Positions 61,986 to 64,000 of a stretch of DNA of 64,000 nt are shown one piece after another. How positions within the stretch are numbered: position 1 is the first letter of the stretch; the number at the start of each line of letters is the position of its first letter. The stretch comes from Octopus bimaculoides. Taxonomy: Eukaryota. The notes beneath the pieces are model-generated. The model saw only the letters and a list, made by a program, of their open reading frames with translations, was not told the DNA's origin and did not search any database. A program made the translations under genes and the position numbers. The stretch spans positions 28,372,900-28,436,899 of the forward strand of contig NC_069002.1 in the NCBI RefSeq assembly GCF_001194135.2. The letters are read 5' to 3'.

Positions 61986-64000
61986 CTTCAGTAAACAAGG
62001 AATTTCTTGTGATAGTGGATATTCTTTAACGAGAGAATTTAATCTCGATGCCCAAAACTTTCAAACCGCATCTTTACTGTCCACAGACTTCACCTCTTCA
62101 TTCACTCGCTCTTACACACACACACACACACACGTACTCTCTCTATTACCTTCCCCTTCTTTTTCTTGTGGCTCTTGCCAAGCGTCAGATAAACTCTGAT
62201 CGAGCAGAGCTATGATCAAAGGCGTTCCAACTATGTCCATCCCGTCTTTTTATAGATCACGAACTACATTATTCAAAACGTATACATACTTTCTGTTTTC
62301 AAGGAATTATGATTCGATTTGCTCAAGATTTCATTGTTATTTCGAGCAACTCAAGCGTCTAGGTACAGAGAAAGAGAGCGAGAGAATGGGAAATACTCCT
62401 TCATTGGGCTCATTCCTCCTGTTTTTGGTTATTTTCTTCGTTGCCTTGTTGATGGTGAGTTGGTGGGGGGTGAAGAGGGTGTTATTAAACCCAAGGTTTT
62501 AACTCAAAGAACCTTAGTAATGATATACAATCTCACGGCGGCTAAGTTCAGTTGACCGTCTCTGAAGCCAGTCAGCCATGGTTAATGCTCTAATCTTTAC
62601 TTTCAAGCTTTGCTAGCGATAGGGGTTTCATTAGGAGCGGAGTAGTTACTCAGCTATAATGAACATGAGAGAGAATAAGTGTGGGGAGGAAAGGCGTGGA
62701 TACGGCGAAAAATTAAAAGGTGAGGAAGAAATGGACAAATAAATGTCATGCCACGTGATTTGTGTATTGATTACGTTAGGATGAGATGCAAATATTCTCT
62801 CTCTCTATCTCTCTCGTACATTCGCTCTCTTCCTCTCTGTATCTTCTCCTTTCCTTCTCGCCTCTCTCTCCTCGTTTGCATACAAACACGATCCTCTTTT
62901 TTCACGTTATACATACTAACAACAAAAAAATTACCTTTTTTTTTCATTTGTCTCTAACCCCAATACCAATCTCTGTTATCTTCTCACACTCACACTCCAG
63001 CACGCACACTCACTCACTCACACACGCACACTCAATCTCACACTCCCACATCCTACTCTCACTCCTCCACCCATTCACCACATTCAGTATCAATCAACGC
63101 TTTCCTTTGTTCGACTTCCTTCCATCTTCTATCATCTCCATTATAAATCTTACCTACTTCCTTCTCTACGACATCCAACTTCACATGAACTACATTTTTA
63201 TAGGGGTCGTGGTGGTGGCAGAAGTGGCATCGGTTTAGGCAAGTTTAGGTGAAGTTGCAATAGTGTCGGTGGTTGTGCTTGTAATAACGGTGGTGGTAGA
63301 AGTGATAAAGATGGTGACGTCGGTAGCACTAGTTGTGGTGTTAGTTTAAAAGTTAGTAATATTGCAAAAGTGTTATTCTACGACAGGAAGCTATGTCTGT
63401 AGCAGTAACAAGTCTTTTCCTTCTTAGGAACTTTTACAGAAATTTCTTGGTGACGATCTCCGACAAATTTCTTCCAACAAACTGTAAAGTTTCTTTTGTA
63501 TAATTAACAAACAGTTTGCTTGCGGAATAATTAGAGAAGCGAAAGATTTCACACCTTAAATTTGATCAGAATTTTGACGACACTCAGTTGATATAACATT
63601 CTGTTATAATATTATGGTTTGCTAGAAATGGCAATTCAGTGATTTATGTAAATATATGCATTAGATAACATCTTTCCCGCGCAGTCTCACAGTCTTACAG
63701 ACTCTGACGCATAACTAACTCTTACATATTTCTATTAAATTACGCGAAAAATTCTTTAACAGCTATTGGATTAGTGCTAAATACCAGCTGCCAAAATATA
63801 GTGATAGATAGGTGCGCACTAGTGCAGGCGTGTACGCATGCGCTCATACAGCTACTCGGCCATACATGCTCAAACACATGCAAGCGTATATGTGTGCCAG
63901 CGTGTATGTATTTATGTAGTGATGCATATGTGTGCATAAATGTTTTATATGCATATATTTACACACACCTATATATCTATATCTATATATATATATATAT

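Noticed and set aside
62304-62362. Micro-exon giving GIMIRFAQDFIVISS, superficially like Tincar ELDFVVI
   Set aside because: It lacks the conserved IW and has an in-frame TAG immediately before the donor.
62212-62502. 96-aa ORF with a hydrophobic C-terminus
   Set aside because: It starts within a dispersed repeat, its hydrophobicity comes from a T-rich tract, and no family is recognised.
222-63937. Most ORFs in the six-frame track (HTHT, CVCV, IYIY, ERER, LSLS runs and X-filled ORFs)
   Set aside because: They are translations of microsatellites, SINEs or N gaps, with no protein-family motifs.

Overview
AT-rich, microsatellite- and SINE-dense eukaryotic genomic DNA from a draft assembly, with about 3.7 kb in eight larger N gaps. 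The repeat families look like octopus (coleoid cephalopod); this is recognition from memory, not a database result. Only one host coding exon is well supported: the first coding exon (12082-12541, +) of a tincar-like multipass membrane protein. No second exon is recognisable, so most of the downstream 51 kb is probably one large intron. The rest is at least four tRNA-headed SINE families (about 50 copies or fragments), two R4/Dong-type LINE remnants, mariner and pogo/Tigger MITE remnants, and microsatellites. The most interesting signal is eight type I hammerhead-ribozyme-like motifs in short Penelope-type terminal-repeat elements. One (131-190) folds almost perfectly, one lies in the tail of a tRNA-headed SINE, and several share the same U4-to-C core change. 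Also notable: three long unexplained hairpins, inverted SINE clusters that could form ADAR substrates, a perfect Kozak ATG abutting a consensus splice donor deep in the intron, and a 320-bp tandem repeat. No prokaryotic genes, CRISPR arrays, rRNA or intact tRNA genes were found. Repeat boundaries are approximate (about +/-10 bp).
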